From Octopus vulgaris (lineage: Eukaryota): a DNA stretch of 64,000 nucleotides. The notes under the pieces are model-generated. The model saw nothing but the letters and a program-made list of their open reading frames with translations. It was not told the origin of the DNA and ran no database searches. The DNA lies in the NCBI GenBank assembly GCA_951406725.2, contig OX597843.1:19220001-19284000 (forward strand). Direction: 5' to 3'. The position numbers and the translations under genes were made by a program. Every line of letters starts with the position of its first letter. The stretch's first letter is position 1. Below, in pieces: positions 42,358-55,774 of the stretch.

Positions 42358-42589
42358 GTATATATATGCATATACATGTATATATATATATGTATATATA
42401 TGCATATATATATAGGTGTGTATATATATGTATATATATGTATACATATATATATATATCTATGTATATATGTATATATATGTATATACATATATGTATA
42501 TATATGTATATATATATATTTATATGTATATATATATATGCATATATATATGTATATATGTGTTTATATATTTATATATATATGTATCT

Positions 42590-45500
42590 TAATGTTCGTC
42601 CTTCGGTTTCGAAGATACCATTGACATCATTTGGTGGAATTGCTGCTATGAGACCGGAGGTGGCTGGTGAGGCCATTCCGAGCAAGAAAGCTCCTCCCAC
42701 AGGTGGGGCAGAAGTGGGTAGGGGCTGTGCTATTGGTGCAGGTGGCTCTGGCTTTCCGCACCTGGCGTTTCTGCTCTGCTGACTGAATCCGTCTCTCCTC
42801 GGCTGTCTTTGCTCCTATGGTTATTGCGCTGCGCCAGGATGAGCGGTCGGCAGCAAGTGTCTCTCAAGTCTCTGTGCCGATAGAGAAACTTTGAGACTGT
42901 CCTTGAAGCGCTTCTTCTGCCCTCCGACTTTGCCCTGGCTGAGTTCACCGTAGAAGAGCTGTTTTGGGATGCGAGTGTCGGACATGCGGGAGACGTGGCC
43001 TGCCCATCTCAGCTGGGCCTTGCGCATGATCGTGATGGTGCTAGGGAGATCTGCCTGTTTCAGAACTTCCGTGTCCGGGACTTTGTCCTGCCAGCGGATG
43101 TGAAGGAGGTTCCGAAGACACCTGAGGTGGAAGTGGTTAATCTGACGCTCGTGCCTTCGGTAAGCAGTCCACGTCTCGCAGCCATATAGTAGGGTGGTAA
43201 GCACGACTGCCCGGTAGACTTTCAGCTTGGTGTTGAGGCTGATTCCTCTCCGCTCCAAGACTTTCTTTCGCAGACTCCCAAACGCACTGCTTGCCTTGGA
43301 GATTCTGTTGATGATTTCAGCATCTATGTTGGCATTGCAGGAGAGAGTGCTGCCCAGGTAGGTGAAGTTTTCCACCACTCGTAGGATCCGTCCGTTCACC
43401 TTTATCTGAGGCTCGTGGTATTGTTTGCCGGGGGCTGGCGGAAACATCACTTCGGTTTTTATGATATTTATGGGAGGCTGGAAAATTATTTTCCAGTATA
43501 GACCTTGGCACTGATGGTGAGACCGAAGTTGTCACAGGCTGATGAGAACCTGTCCATCCCGAGCTGCATCTCCTGCTCATCGATTGCGTTAAGGCGCAGT
43601 CGTCAGCAAAGAGAAAGTCTCTGACGACTGTCTCCCTCACCTTTGTGACGGCCTGCAATCTTCTGGAGTTGAAAAATTTCCCGTCCGTCCTGTAAGTGAT
43701 GTCGATACCGGACTTGCAGTCACTGAAGGGTCGGACAGCATTGCCGAGAACATGATGCTGAACAGTGTTGGGGCCAGGACACAGCCCTGCCTGACTCCGT
43801 TGGTCACCTTGAAGGCTTCAGATGAGTTGCCGTTTTCAAGGACTCTGGGTGTCATTCCGTCGTGGAACTGGCGGACAATTGCAATAAATTTGCTGCGGCA
43901 ACCAAATTTTCCCATGACCTTCCAGAGTCCCTCCCAACTGACTGTATCGAAAGCCCTGGTGAGGTCAACAAAGGTCATGCAGAGGTCAAGGTGCTGCTCC
44001 ATGCATCTCTCCTGGAGCTGGCGGGCGGCGAATATCATGTCAGTGGTCCCTCGACCAGTGCGGAAGCCACACTGGCTCTCAGGGAGAAGTGTTCCAAAAG
44101 GCGGTCAAGCAGGACTCGGGCCAGGATCTTGCCTGCTATGGACAAGAGGGAGATACCTCGGTGGTTGTCGCAGAACTGCCGATCTCCTTTCCGCTTATAA
44201 ATGTGGACGATTGTTGCGTCCCGGAAATCTTGAGGGAGTTGTTCCCTGTCCCACATCGACTGGAACAGGCTGGTGAGCTGACTGATCATGGTGGGGACGC
44301 CCGACTTGAACACCTCTGCAGGGATGGCGCCAGAGCCTGGAGCTTTGCCGATGGACATTTTTTTGATGGCTCTGCTCCCTTCCTCGACTGCAGGGGGAAC
44401 AGCCAGCTCGTGGTTTGTCGGCACCTGGGGGAGTCGTGCGATGGCTTCCTCATTGATCTGGGCTGGTCGGTTGAGCACGATGTTGAAATGCTCCGCCCAT
44501 CTCTCCAGGATCAGCCTCTTGTTAGTCTGGAGTGAGGTTCCATCCGAGCTGAGCAGGGGCGTTGATCCAGAGGAACACTGCGGTCCATAGACAGCTTTCA
44601 GCGCCTCGTAGAATTTCTTGGTGTCGTGTTTGTCTGCGTATCCCTGAATCTCATCCGCCTTGGCGCTTAACCATGCGTCTTGCATGAGACGGAGTTTTGC
44701 CTGGACTGTGCTGCGAATGTTGTTGAAAGCAGCCTTCTTTGCCGTGTAGGTGGTGTCATTTTGGTGGACCCACAGCAGACGGCGTTTCTCTTCCAGGAGC
44801 TTTTGGATTTCCTAGTCGTTTTCGTCGAACCAGTCCTGGTGGTTCCTCGTAACTTGGCTTAGAGTTTCAAGGGCGATGGAATGAACCGTGTCCCTGAATG
44901 ATTCCCACCGCTCATAGATGCTGGACTGGTCATTCCGAATGTCCAACAGCTTGCTGTCCATACGTGACTGGAGATCTTGTGCAGTCAGCTGGTTCTTTAA
45001 TTTCGTGATGTTAAGCTTCCTCGTCACTTTCTGACCCTGTTGTCTTCTCTTAGGTCGGATGTAGAAATCCATCCTGGAGATGATGAGGCGATGGTCCGTC
45101 CAGCAATCAGCTCCGCACATGGCTTTGACCAGTCTCACGTCCCGCCTGTCTTTCGCCCTGACGATGACGTAATCTATCAGATGCCAGTGTTTGGAGCGTG
45201 GATGCATTCATGATGTCTTGTTGCGTATTGGCAGACGGAACAAGGTGTTGGCGATGGTAAGATCATGAGAGGCACACGCACGCAGGAGGAGCTGCCCGTT
45301 GTTGTTGCACTTTCCGATTCCTTGCTTTCCCAGTACGCGATCCAGGCTTGGTGGTCAGTCCCGACACGGGCGTTAAAATCCCCAAGGAGGATGAGCTTCC
45401 CAGGCTGGGCTGACGTGATGAGGCAGTCGAGTTCCTCATAGAACCTGTCCTTAACTTCTTCAGGGTTGGTCATGGTGGGGGCGTAAGCGCTGATGATGGT

Positions 45501-46390
45501 CGCACTAGTCTTGTTTCCAAGTGGGAGCTGCATCTTCATCAGCCGATCGTTGATACCCTCGGGGGAGCTTTCCAGTTTCCGCACGTGTACTGACTTGATG
45601 GCAAAACCAACACCAACCTCACGACGCTCTTCGCTGCTGCGACCACTCCAGAAGAAAGTGTAGCCGCCGCCTGTCTCTGTCAGCTGGCCTTTGTCCGCAA
45701 GGCGGGTCTCGCTCAGTGCTGCGATATCGACATTGTATCGGCTCAGTTCTCTGGCCACCATGGCAGTTCGTCTCTCTGGTCTGTCCGCTTTGGTGTTGTC
45801 AAGCAGAGTTCTCACGTTCCAAGTTGCGAAAGTGAGCACCTTTGTTTGTTTTCTTCTTTCTTTGTTTCGACCGCTTGGAAAGGATCCCCGCCAGCCGCGG
45901 TTTGCTGACCAGGGTGAGGTGAGGCAGGCTATGTTTATGGCAACCTTTTCTAGCCCCGTCCTCATGCTGGGGAGGCGGTCACTCAGGAGGCTGCCGGACT
46001 CCACTGCTGCCTCAGTTCAGTAAGGGGCGACCACATGTCCTGAGTCGCCTGTATGTAGGTTCACGACTGCAGCTCCCAGTGTATCCTCACCTGCTACTTC
46101 GCCGTTTCCCCATAGCCACAGGACTTTGTGATGTAGGTGTCATGATACCATGACGTGCTCATGACTTGGGTTATAGTGAGGGTGACTTGCGCAGGATCAG
46201 CCTCACTCCCTCGTCCTGGTACGCCGGATCCAGTGGCAAGACAAAGTCAAGACGGCTGGGGGTAGACCAGGATGCAGGAGCTGCCGGAAGGTGGTACGCA
46301 TGGCGCAATCCAACCACCTTAGGGGCTCCACTCCGGGTTAAGGTAGGTTTTTGTATGGCCATTGACTCACGAGAGAGTTCCTCTGCCCTT
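42590..46390 (-). mobile_element. Full-length RTE-BovB-like LINE with frameshifts
   Basis: [81 protein letters not shown], plus 5' UTR. Confidence 0.95.
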
Positions 46391-46392
46391 TG

Positions 46393-46912
46393 ACAGAGAC
46401 CTAAAGAGCAAAGGTCGTGCTTCACCACCTCGTCCCAGGTTTTCCTGGGTCCACCTCTTCCACAGGGTCCCTCAACCGCTAGGGTGTGGCACTTTTTCAC
46501 ATAACTATCTTCATCCATTCTCGCTACATGACCATACCAGCGCAAACGTCTCTCTTGCACACCACAACTGATGCTTCTTAGGTCCAGCTTTTCTCTCAAA
46601 GTACTTACACTCTGTCGAGTATGAACACTGACATTACACATCCTTCGGAGCATACTGGCTTCATTTCTTGCGAGCTTACGCATATCCTCAGCAGTCACGG
46701 CCCATGTTTCACTGCTATGTCGCATGGCTATTCGTACACATGCGTCATACCGTCTGCCTTTTACACTGAGTGAGAAGCCTTTTGTCACCAGCAGAGGTAA
46801 GAGTTCTGTGAACTTTGCTCTGGCTATTCTTACACTAGCAGTTACACCTTCAACACACCCGCCTCCGCTACTGACTTGGTCACCTAGGTAACGGAAGCTA
46901 TCAACTATTTCT
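46393..46912 (-). mobile_element. RTE fragment (same family as 24833-25760)
   Basis: HSSETWAV, LRWYGHVARM, GPRKTWDEVV. Confidence 0.85.
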
Positions 46913-46967
46913 CTATATATTTCTATATATATATATTTATATATATATATATTTATATATATATAAA

Positions 46968-47771
46968 CTAGCAGTATTGCCCGGTTCGTGCGCTCTATGC
47001 ACGCGCGAATTAAGCTAAACTTGGATGAAGTTCAATCAAAATTCAATTATTTTGGTTTTAAAATCAAGCATTTAATGCCCTCTATTTTTGCGCTTATGTG
47101 TTCCATTTCCTCAATAGGAAGTACGTAGAAGCATTTCATAAATTTTTGTTGATCAAATAATTGCATTGTTGAATTATTCTTTTAGATCAGTATTTCTCAA
47201 CGGGGATTTGAGGGGAGAGTTTCAGGGAGTCGCTGGCGATGTATCGTGATGATCAAAAATCCGGCCTGCTAAAATTTGGTTAAAGTGATTCAAACTGCAG
47301 ACTCAACGCAAAATGGTCACATTTAATTCAAAAGGTTAAAAATGGTATGAAAACAATTGGTATGTGTTCACAAAGTCCAAATGATTAATACGAAAAAACC
47401 CTCCAGGCTAAATCCCGAAAATTCATTTCTTTGCCGAATTTCTACAATGTTTACGGCGATACGTTTTTATATCTTGATTTTTTATTTTTCATGCAATTTA
47501 CGCATGCTTACACGCGTGGTGAACACAGTTCACGGCAAACAGTTGACTGAGTAAAGTTCACTATTCAATGCATGGGATAAGGCCTAAACAAACACATTAT
47601 CGATATTTGCACTTGCGAGATGAACTTCGGAACAGAAATAGCGCAGTTCAATTTTCATTCGCCTAAACTTTAAGTGACCCATTTTTGGTGGTTCTACGAT
47701 TTGTTGGCTAGGAGGAGATGTGCCGGGAAGTTAAACACACAGACACACAAATTGAGTTTTATATATATAGA
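46968..47771 (-). mobile_element. Non-autonomous Helitron-like element
   Basis: Minus strand begins A|TCTATATATATAAAA and ends ...CCGGGCAATACTGCTAG|T, with a GC-rich subterminal hairpin (cgtgc...gcacg); no target-site duplication. Confidence 0.7.
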
Positions 47772-47815
47772 TGTATATATGTATATATTTATATATATAT
47801 GTATATATATATCAA

Positions 47816-47916
<101 letters not shown>

Positions 47917-47920
47917 TAAC

Positions 47921-48077
47921 CTGTTCTTTTTTATTTTCAGTGACACGTAATACTGCTTCCACCATATCTTTCGAGCCCGTCTCCACTGCCAGATGGAGAA
48001 GACTGTTGCCCTGGGCGTTGCATTTCTTTACATCGGCTCCTTTGGAGGCCAAAAAAGTCACCAGAGTAGGTTGGTTG
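47921..48077 (-). CDS. 157-nt exon of the ankyrin-repeat gene
   Basis: CTTCAG acceptor (48078-48079) and GTTAGT donor (47920); phase 2 to 0; (S)[16 protein letters not shown]...[12 protein letters not shown]...KKEQ. Confidence 0.9.
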
Positions 48078-48578
48078 CTGAAGGTAAAAGGTAAATACAC
48101 ACTAACGTTCAATGCATAATTATTAACGTACAAAAAGGTATATGCATATCACATATGCACATACATACATATATGCAAAACTACATCCATACACACACAC
48201 ATACGTGCATGCATGTGTGCGTGCGTGCGTTCCGGAACAATGATTGGAGGTTATACGCCTCTCCCTAAACTGAAGAAGTATATGTAAGCAGATGATAGAA
48301 TACTGCATATTGTTTCCTCTTTTTCAGAGCGATTCTCACAGGATATTTGAAGGGAATTGAATACAAATTTCACTAAATTTCTCATTTGAATTTTAGCCTT
48401 GTATTAAAAATGTATAGTTTCTCAATTATTTTTAATCGAATTTTAAAATTTATCTCATGTGCTAAATTAATCTTTTATAAATATCTGATAATGTTATGAA
48501 ACAAATAATGATATAGAACGAAAAAATTATTTATTAATCAAATTTCGTGGTGTTGAGTCAGCACTGTTTATGTGTGTG

Positions 48579-48613
<35 letters not shown>

Positions 48614-48621
48614 ATTGTGTA

Positions 48622-50976
48622 CATGTAAGCTCCAACTGCAGTTCAAACCCAAACCCAAGAAGAGAGGTAACCCCATAAAGAAACTCTATGTCGACAGCTT
48701 GTGCCGGGAGGAAGTGGAAATCAAGTTCCAAGCAAACCTGCAGCAAAGGCTAGACGAATCCCCCTGCACTGATGACACCACCCCACACACCTTGTGGGAG
48801 AACCTGAAATCAGCCATCCTTAAGACTTCTACGGAAGTTCTTGGGCACACAAAGAAAAAAAAACAAGGACTGGTTCGATGAAAATGACAAGGAGATCCAG
48901 GAATTACTAGCAAGGAAGAGGGCAGCTCATCAGGCCCACCTCGCACAACCAACCTGTCTTGTGAAGAAAACTACCTTTCGGCATGCATGCAGCAACCCTG
49001 CAGTGAAAACTTGGAGACTATAGAGGCTTCTATGAGGCTCTGAAAGCAGTGTATGGCCCCCGCCCACCTGGTCCAGAGTCCCCTATGCAGTTCAGATGGA
49101 CTGGACCTCCTCACCGATAACACCTCCATCCTCGCTCACTGGTCCGAGCACTTCCAAAGCCTCTTCAGTGCTAACCGTACCGTACAGGACACTGCCACCC
49201 TTCGCATTCCTCAACTCCCACTCAAAGAGGAGCTCAACAAACCACCCACCCTTGAAGAAACGATTGAAGCCATAGGACAACTCAAGAGTCGCAAAGCAGC
49301 AGGAGTTGATGGCATCCCACCAGAAATCTGGAAGAATGGAGGTCCGTTGCTCCATGACAAGCTCCATGGTATTCTTGTCTGCGGCTGGGAGCAGAGCAAG
49401 CTGCCACAGGATCTTCGTGATCCTGTACAAGAACAAGGGTGAAAACTCTGAATGCTCCGACTACCAGGGAATCACCCTACTCTCCATCGCCGGCAAAGTA
49501 CTTGCCAGGGTCCTGCTCAATAGGCTAGTACCAACCATCGCTGAAAAAAACCTCCCCGAGAGCCATTGTGGCTTCAGAGCCAACAGAGGCACAACGGATA
49601 TGGTGTTCGTCCTCCGCCAACTCCAGGAGAAGTGCCGAGAACAAAACAGCGGACACTATGCTACTTTCGTCGACCTTACAAAAGCATTTGACACAGTGAG
49701 CAGGACATGACTATGGCTCATCCTGGAACGACTTGGATGTCCCACCAAGTTTCTACAGATGGTGATCCAGCTGCACGAGAATTAGCATGGTCAGATCAGA
49801 CTCAATGCTGACCTGTCGGAGCCCTTCCCCATTTCCAATGGCGTGAAGCAGGGTTGTGTCCTGGCACCAACTCTCTTCAGCATCTTCTTCAACATGATGA
49901 TCAAGCATGCAACTGAAGATATGGAGGATGAGGATGGGGTGTATGTTAGGTATCGTCTGGATGGCAGTCTCTTCAAACTACGGCGCCTCCAAGCCCACAC
50001 CAAGACCAAGGAGAGGTTGATCCGAGACCTTCTCTTCGCAGACGACGCTGTCCTTGTCGCCCACAGAGTGTGAGCTCTGCAGCGCATCACGTCCTGCTTT
50101 GCTGACGCCTCGCAGCTCTTTGGCCTGGAGGTCAGCCTCAAGAAGACGGAGGTGTTTCACCAACCTACACCCCAAGAGGAATACCAAGAAGAATACTATC
50201 TGCGGTACCGAACTGAAATCAACACAGCAGTTAACATATCTGGGCTGCATCATCTCAATCGATACAAAGATTGACAAGGAAATTAACAAAAGACTTCCTT
50301 TGGCAGATTGTACAAACGTGTTTGGCACAATGGTGGCCTGAAGAACAAAACAAAGATCAGTGTGTACAGGGCCGTGGTTCTCACCACTCTTCTCTACGGC
50401 TCAGAAACCTGGATCCCTTACCACAGTCACATCCGTCTCCTTGAGCGCTTCCACCAGCGATGTCTTCGCACCATCCTCAACATTCACTGGAGTGACTTCG
50501 TCACACACACTGAGGACTTGGAGCGGGCCGAGATCCCCAGCATTGAAGACACGATATTGAAGTCCCACCTCCGATGGGCAGGGCATGTCTCCAGAATGGA
50601 GAACCATCGTCTTCCAAAGATTGCCCTGTTTGGCAATCTCTCCACCGGCCACCGAGTGAGAGGAGCTCCGAGGAAGCGCTTACAGCATGTCATATTAACC
50701 ACCAATGTTGGTCAGACCTGGCTGCGGACCCTGATGTCTGGCGCCACACGATCTTCAACGCAGTCAGCAAGTTTGAGGAACAAAGAAGTGGCACACTTAA
50801 AAACAAGAGACGCAAGGGGAAGGCGCGAGCCGCCTCTCACACGACACCGGATGTTACCTTCGTCTGTGGACACTGCTCACGGACCTGCCTTTCCCATATT
50901 GGGCTTGTCAGTCATGAGCGTGAATGCACGCGACGTGGACAGCCTTCCCGATCTTCGTTCGCGAAGCCGAGCCATG
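48622..50976 (+). mobile_element. 5'-truncated RTE-BovB-like LINE (inverted twin of 59176-62700)
   Basis: DWFDEND, GITLLSIAGK, GVKQGCVLAP, LFADDA, LRWAGHVSRM, terminal C2H2-like motif. Confidence 0.93.
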
Positions 50977-51079
50977 AAAAATATATATATATGTGTATTG
51001 TATATCATGATGATGTTTTGGGTGTGTAGGTGCAAATATATTTCCTCCTCAAATGTCCAGGAGCAGATAATTTACATTA

Positions 51080-52190
51080 TTTAGGTGACCAATTTATCAG
51101 CAGTGGAGACAGCCCTGAAAGTGTAGTTGCTAAAGTAAGAATTGGCTGGAAAAGTTCAGAGAATGAGCATCTTTGTTGGTAACGAAGAGCATTTTTACTT
51201 CAGAGTGAAATGCAAACTCTGAACGGACAGATATGTTAGATGACATTGAAACATGGGCTGTGATTGTAGAGGGCCTTCGAAGTGTGGAAAGAAATAAAGC
51301 CACCATACTTTGCTGGATGTGCAAAGTCAGTGTGCATGTGCGGCAAAGTATACATATTTTTGAGAGTCTACATTTTGTAAGAATTACCAGATGGAGCGTG
51401 CAAGAGAAAAGGCTGCGCTAATTTAGTCATGTGATACACAAGGATGAAGACATCTGCTTAAAGAAGTGCTAATCTCTAATTGTGGAGGGGACTTGTGGAA
51501 GAGGAAGGCCCAGAAAAGATATGGGACGAAGTAGGGAGAAATGATCTTTTGATACTGAGCTTCACAGAGGAGTTAGCAAAGGACTGAGGCAATGGCCAAT
51601 TTGATGTGCTTGAGACGACCTGACCTGCTAAGTAAAATTCATATCTATGATCCTCCCTTCCTCACAATCCATCCATGCTCACCACCGCTATATCTCCCCC
51701 ACTTCCTTCTCATTGACGTGCCTACGTGCACAGAATATATTCCTGTCCATTTCTTACCCCTCAACATATCCTCCAACTGCACATCTCCCTCTACTTCTGC
51801 CCATTTACTAAATCCCCCCCACTCTCTATCTCCCACACTTCTTTTGAAATCTTGTCAACACACGCACTCACATATTCCAATCCTGTAACTTGGGTGTATG
51901 ACCCCTGCCCCAACTCCATCACATCTTCACCATCTTACTCTTCTCTCTCTCTTTCTCCCAGATAAGGCATCTTTTCCTACAAGTTACCTGGGGACCTCAC
52001 TATGGTTGGTGCCACGTAAGAAGCACCAATACATTTTGTAAACTGGTTGACATTAGGAAGGGCATCCAGCTGTAGAAACCATGCCAAAACAGAGAGAATG
52101 GCATGGTGCAGTCCTCTGATTTGCCAGTTCCTGTCAAACTGTCCAACCCATGCTAACACGGGAAACAGACGTTAAAGGAGGAGGAGAATG
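51080..52190 (+). mobile_element. Degraded RTE 3' fragment and tail
   Basis: ETWAVIVE, VQEKRLR and ggaagaggaaggcccagaaa remnants; tail ggaagggcatccagctgtagaaacc. Confidence 0.7.
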
Positions 52191-52224
52191 ATGATATAGA
52201 AAGTCTTTCTTTTAAAAACATATT

Positions 52225-52700
52225 TGTGAAATAAATGAGAGAAGTAGGTTACATGGAAAAGCTTAGCGTACATAATTTGCAATGTTTCTCCAGCAACCAC
52301 CATATACCAAGCAGTGTCAGGCAATAATGGAAGAAAAGTTCCTATTGGAACCGTTGTACTTCTTAGCGAATCCTTGATGATGTAAGCGATGCCTGTAGCA
52401 GTTAAAGTTGATTCGAGTGGCAAACATTCTATTAAGAACGTTTCCTTGAGAATTTTTAATAGAACCAACAATTACATTAAACAAATTATTTGTCATCGAT
52501 CTCACTTTCATCGACAATTAAAAATACAGTTTGATCAGCCAGACAGCTCTTGCAATTTTCAACCAAGTTTGCACTAAGCATATCCTCATATTTTTGGTAC
52601 GTAATCTGAGATGTCAGTGGCTTATTGAAAGAATAAGAGGCTTCTCAAACTTGGATTAATGAGCTCAATAAGGCAATTACAAAACAAAACTGCACATTCA
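52225..52700 (-). mobile_element. hAT-type transposase relic (DUF659/CGGBP1-like)
   Basis: VFLIVDESEI (catalytic Asp-like), DTAWYMVVAGETL, KLFHVTYFSHLFH (CxxH position decayed). Confidence 0.6.
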
Positions 52701-52739
52701 ACTTCAAAAAAGATCCAGCATTGTTTGTAACAAAGGCGG

Positions 52740-54245
52740 TAGACCACCTACCATTACCTCAGCATACAGGAAGACTCACTGTGAGTGCTGGCAGGAATGG
52801 ACGAAGCCGGACTACCCACCTTCAAGTGCACATGACATTAGAACCACCATCGCACATGCTATCGGTGTCAGCCTGAGAATTACACTTAAAGCACATATTT
52901 TTAAGTTTGACAACAAACTGTATAAGCAAACGAAAGGCGGTGCTATTGGAGTGGGGATCGCCGGTGACGTTGCAAACCTCTTCATGGGACAAACATTTTA
53001 AACAGTGCCTAGCAAACCGTAACATCCACTTGGCTATGTACTCTCGTTATGTCGACGACATTAACCTTGTTGTGAAATATAATACAGACACAGTTATGAG
53101 CCCTCTACCAAGTGAAGAACAGGTGATGACATCTATACAACACATAGCTGACTCTATCCACAACAGTATAAAAGTTACCATAGACAACCCCTCTAAACAC
53201 CCCAGTAAACGATTACTCGTCCTAGATACTGAGCTATGGATGGAAGATGCTATGGTTAATGGAACCATTAAACCCTGTATACTCCACTCACACTATCAGA
53301 AACCGATGGCTAATCCACTAGTAATCCGTAGTGACTCAGCTATGTCGAATACTGCCAAACTCAACATCCTAGTGGAAGACTTAATCAGAGTAATGAGGTA
53401 TGTATCACCACTATGCCAACCACAAGAACGACAGCAACACATCCAGCACTACATATTCCGAATGCAACGCTCCGGATACACACAAGACGATAGAGTCAGA
53501 GTGTGCAAGAGAGTGAAGGCTAGATTCGAACGCATTCTAAGGGACAACGAAAACGGTATATGCCCCCTATACCGCAACAAGTTCTGGAATAGGTTAGAGA
53601 GGGACACCAACAAAAGGATGAGAAACAATACTTGGTATGATAACAGGAAATTTCACAGAGTAATGTTCGTTGACGCCACACCTAAGAACGAGCTAAGTAA
53701 GGTATTCAAGAAAATCCTGCGCACTACTGGCCTTAAAATCAAAGTTGTAGAAAAGACAGGTAGGACTATCAAATCGGCATTATGCAGATCATATCCGTTT
53801 GATAGAATCACCTGTCAAAGTAACTGTGCAGTATGTTCGACAAACCCACATGTAAACTACAAAACCAAGGGCACTGTATACCAAATTGAGTGCCAAGAAG
53901 GAGCTTGCGCGACTAACCCAGAGTCATACATAGGTGAGACTTCTAGAAGCATCAATGATAGGTTCAAAGAACACCTGGACAACTACATTGAAAGGAAGCC
54001 AAACTCCATCTTCTACCAACATGCTGTAGACTGCCACAAAGGATCCTTATGGAAACTTAAGTTAAACATCCTTTCCAACACATTCCACCGATGCAATGTT
54101 GAGACAGGTCACAGAAGCTGTTTGTATACAAGAATACAAACCTACTCTCAACCGAAAGTCCGAATGGAGTAACATCCAGATCCCATTCAGGAGGACCATT
54201 CTATAACCGCCCCTCTCTCTCTCTCTCTCGTTTACATGATGAGAG
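52740..54245 (+). mobile_element. 5'-truncated Penelope-like element (RT core to GIY-YIG), clade unassigned
   Basis: YKQTKGGAIG, YSRYVDDI, LVLDTELW, HYQKPMAN, MQRSGY, TVYQIEC...YIGETSRSINDRFKEH; about 400 codons open. Confidence 0.88.
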
Positions 54246-54589
54246 GAACAAACACCCACCCACACATATATATATATGTGTGTGCGTCTATACAAACATA
54301 TAAGTGTGTATGTATACAACCTTCAACAAAGTAACAGTCATGTACACAACTTGGACGGACACATGCCAGTACACGGACATACGTTCACATACACATACAC
54401 ATGTACACACACACACACAGACGCGTCTGCCCATTCTCCTAGACACTCACATACATACGTAGCACACGAGTACAAACATACATACATACCTACGTATGGG
54501 CATACACACGTACATGTACGCACACACATACATGGGCACAGGCATGCGTGCGCATATACATACATATGCACAGGCGTACGTACGTGCAT

Positions 54590-54950
54590 ACACACATACA
54601 TACATACATACATACATACATACATACATACATACATACATACATACATACATACATACACACATACATACATACATACATACATACATACATACATACA
54701 TACATACATACATACATACATACACACATACATACATACATACATACATACATACATACTTACATACACACATACATACATACATACATACATACATACA
54801 TACATACATACTTACATACACACATACATACATACATACATACATATATACATACATACACACATACATACATACATACATACACATACATACATACATA
54901 CATACATACATACATACATACATACATACATACATTCATACATACATATA
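54590..54950. repeat. (CATA)n microsatellite
   Basis: Seen directly. Confidence 0.95.
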
Positions 54951-54975
54951 TATCACGAACTAACTGTTACTTTCT

Positions 54976-55176
54976 CAGATGCAGCACGGATTTTTGTCAG
55001 TGAACAGGTCGCAGATTTTAGCGACGAAAATATTTTGACAAATTAAACTTAAATGTTGAAGTGAATCGAACGGCTTTTGTGTGTTTCTTAAATGGCTTAT
55101 AAACACCTTCCACGCTGCAATTGTTTTCGTTCCAGCACACGATCTCAGATCAAATCACTTGCTATGCGAGTACATC

Positions 55177-55178
<2 letters not shown>
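54976..55178. mobile_element. Short non-autonomous DNA transposon, copy 2
   Basis: Homologous to 33062-33253. Confidence 0.6.
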
Positions 55179-55212
<34 letters not shown>

Positions 55213-55219
<7 letters not shown>

Positions 55220-55668
55220 TAAATTAGAGATAAAACCACTATTAGGCAACTCAAACAGTGATAGACATAAACCAATACATAAACAACAAAAAATAAATAT
55301 TATTAATATAATATACAATATATATATAAAATATAAAATTTTAAAAATTTGAATTATTAAACTTTGAAATTTTAAAGTTTATATTTATAAATTATTATAT
55401 TTTTATATTTTTTAATTTTTTAACTTTTAATTTTTTAAAATATATATATAAATAAAAAAACAAATAAATAAAAATTAAAAGTTTAAAAATTTAAAAATAT
55501 AATAATTTATAAATATAAACATAAAAATTTCAAATTTTAATAATTAAAATTTTAAATTTTATATTTTATTATATTGATTACATTTATTTTTTGTTTTTTT
55601 ATATTTTGGTTTATGTCTATCACTGTTAGATTTGCCTAATGGTGGTTTTATCTCTAATTTAATTTATA
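55213..55668. repeat. About 455-bp AT-rich near-perfect palindrome
   Basis: tataaattaaattagagataaaaccactattaggcaa... mirrored by ...ttgcctaatggtggttttatctctaatttaatttata; the following 55685-55740 sequence also occurs at about 14775-14828. Confidence 0.85.
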
Positions 55669-55733
55669 TTTATACTGTGAAATTTGATTTAGTCCTAAAT
55701 CTAATTTTTCCCTGTAAGTTTGGATATACTCCC

Positions 55734-55770
<37 letters not shown>

Positions 55771-55774
<4 letters not shown>

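Noticed and set aside
46000-46390. HDV-like ribozyme in RTE 5' UTRs (also about 62400-62700)
   Set aside because: Known for some RTE elements, but no nested double pseudoknot could be assigned by eye; needs a descriptor search.
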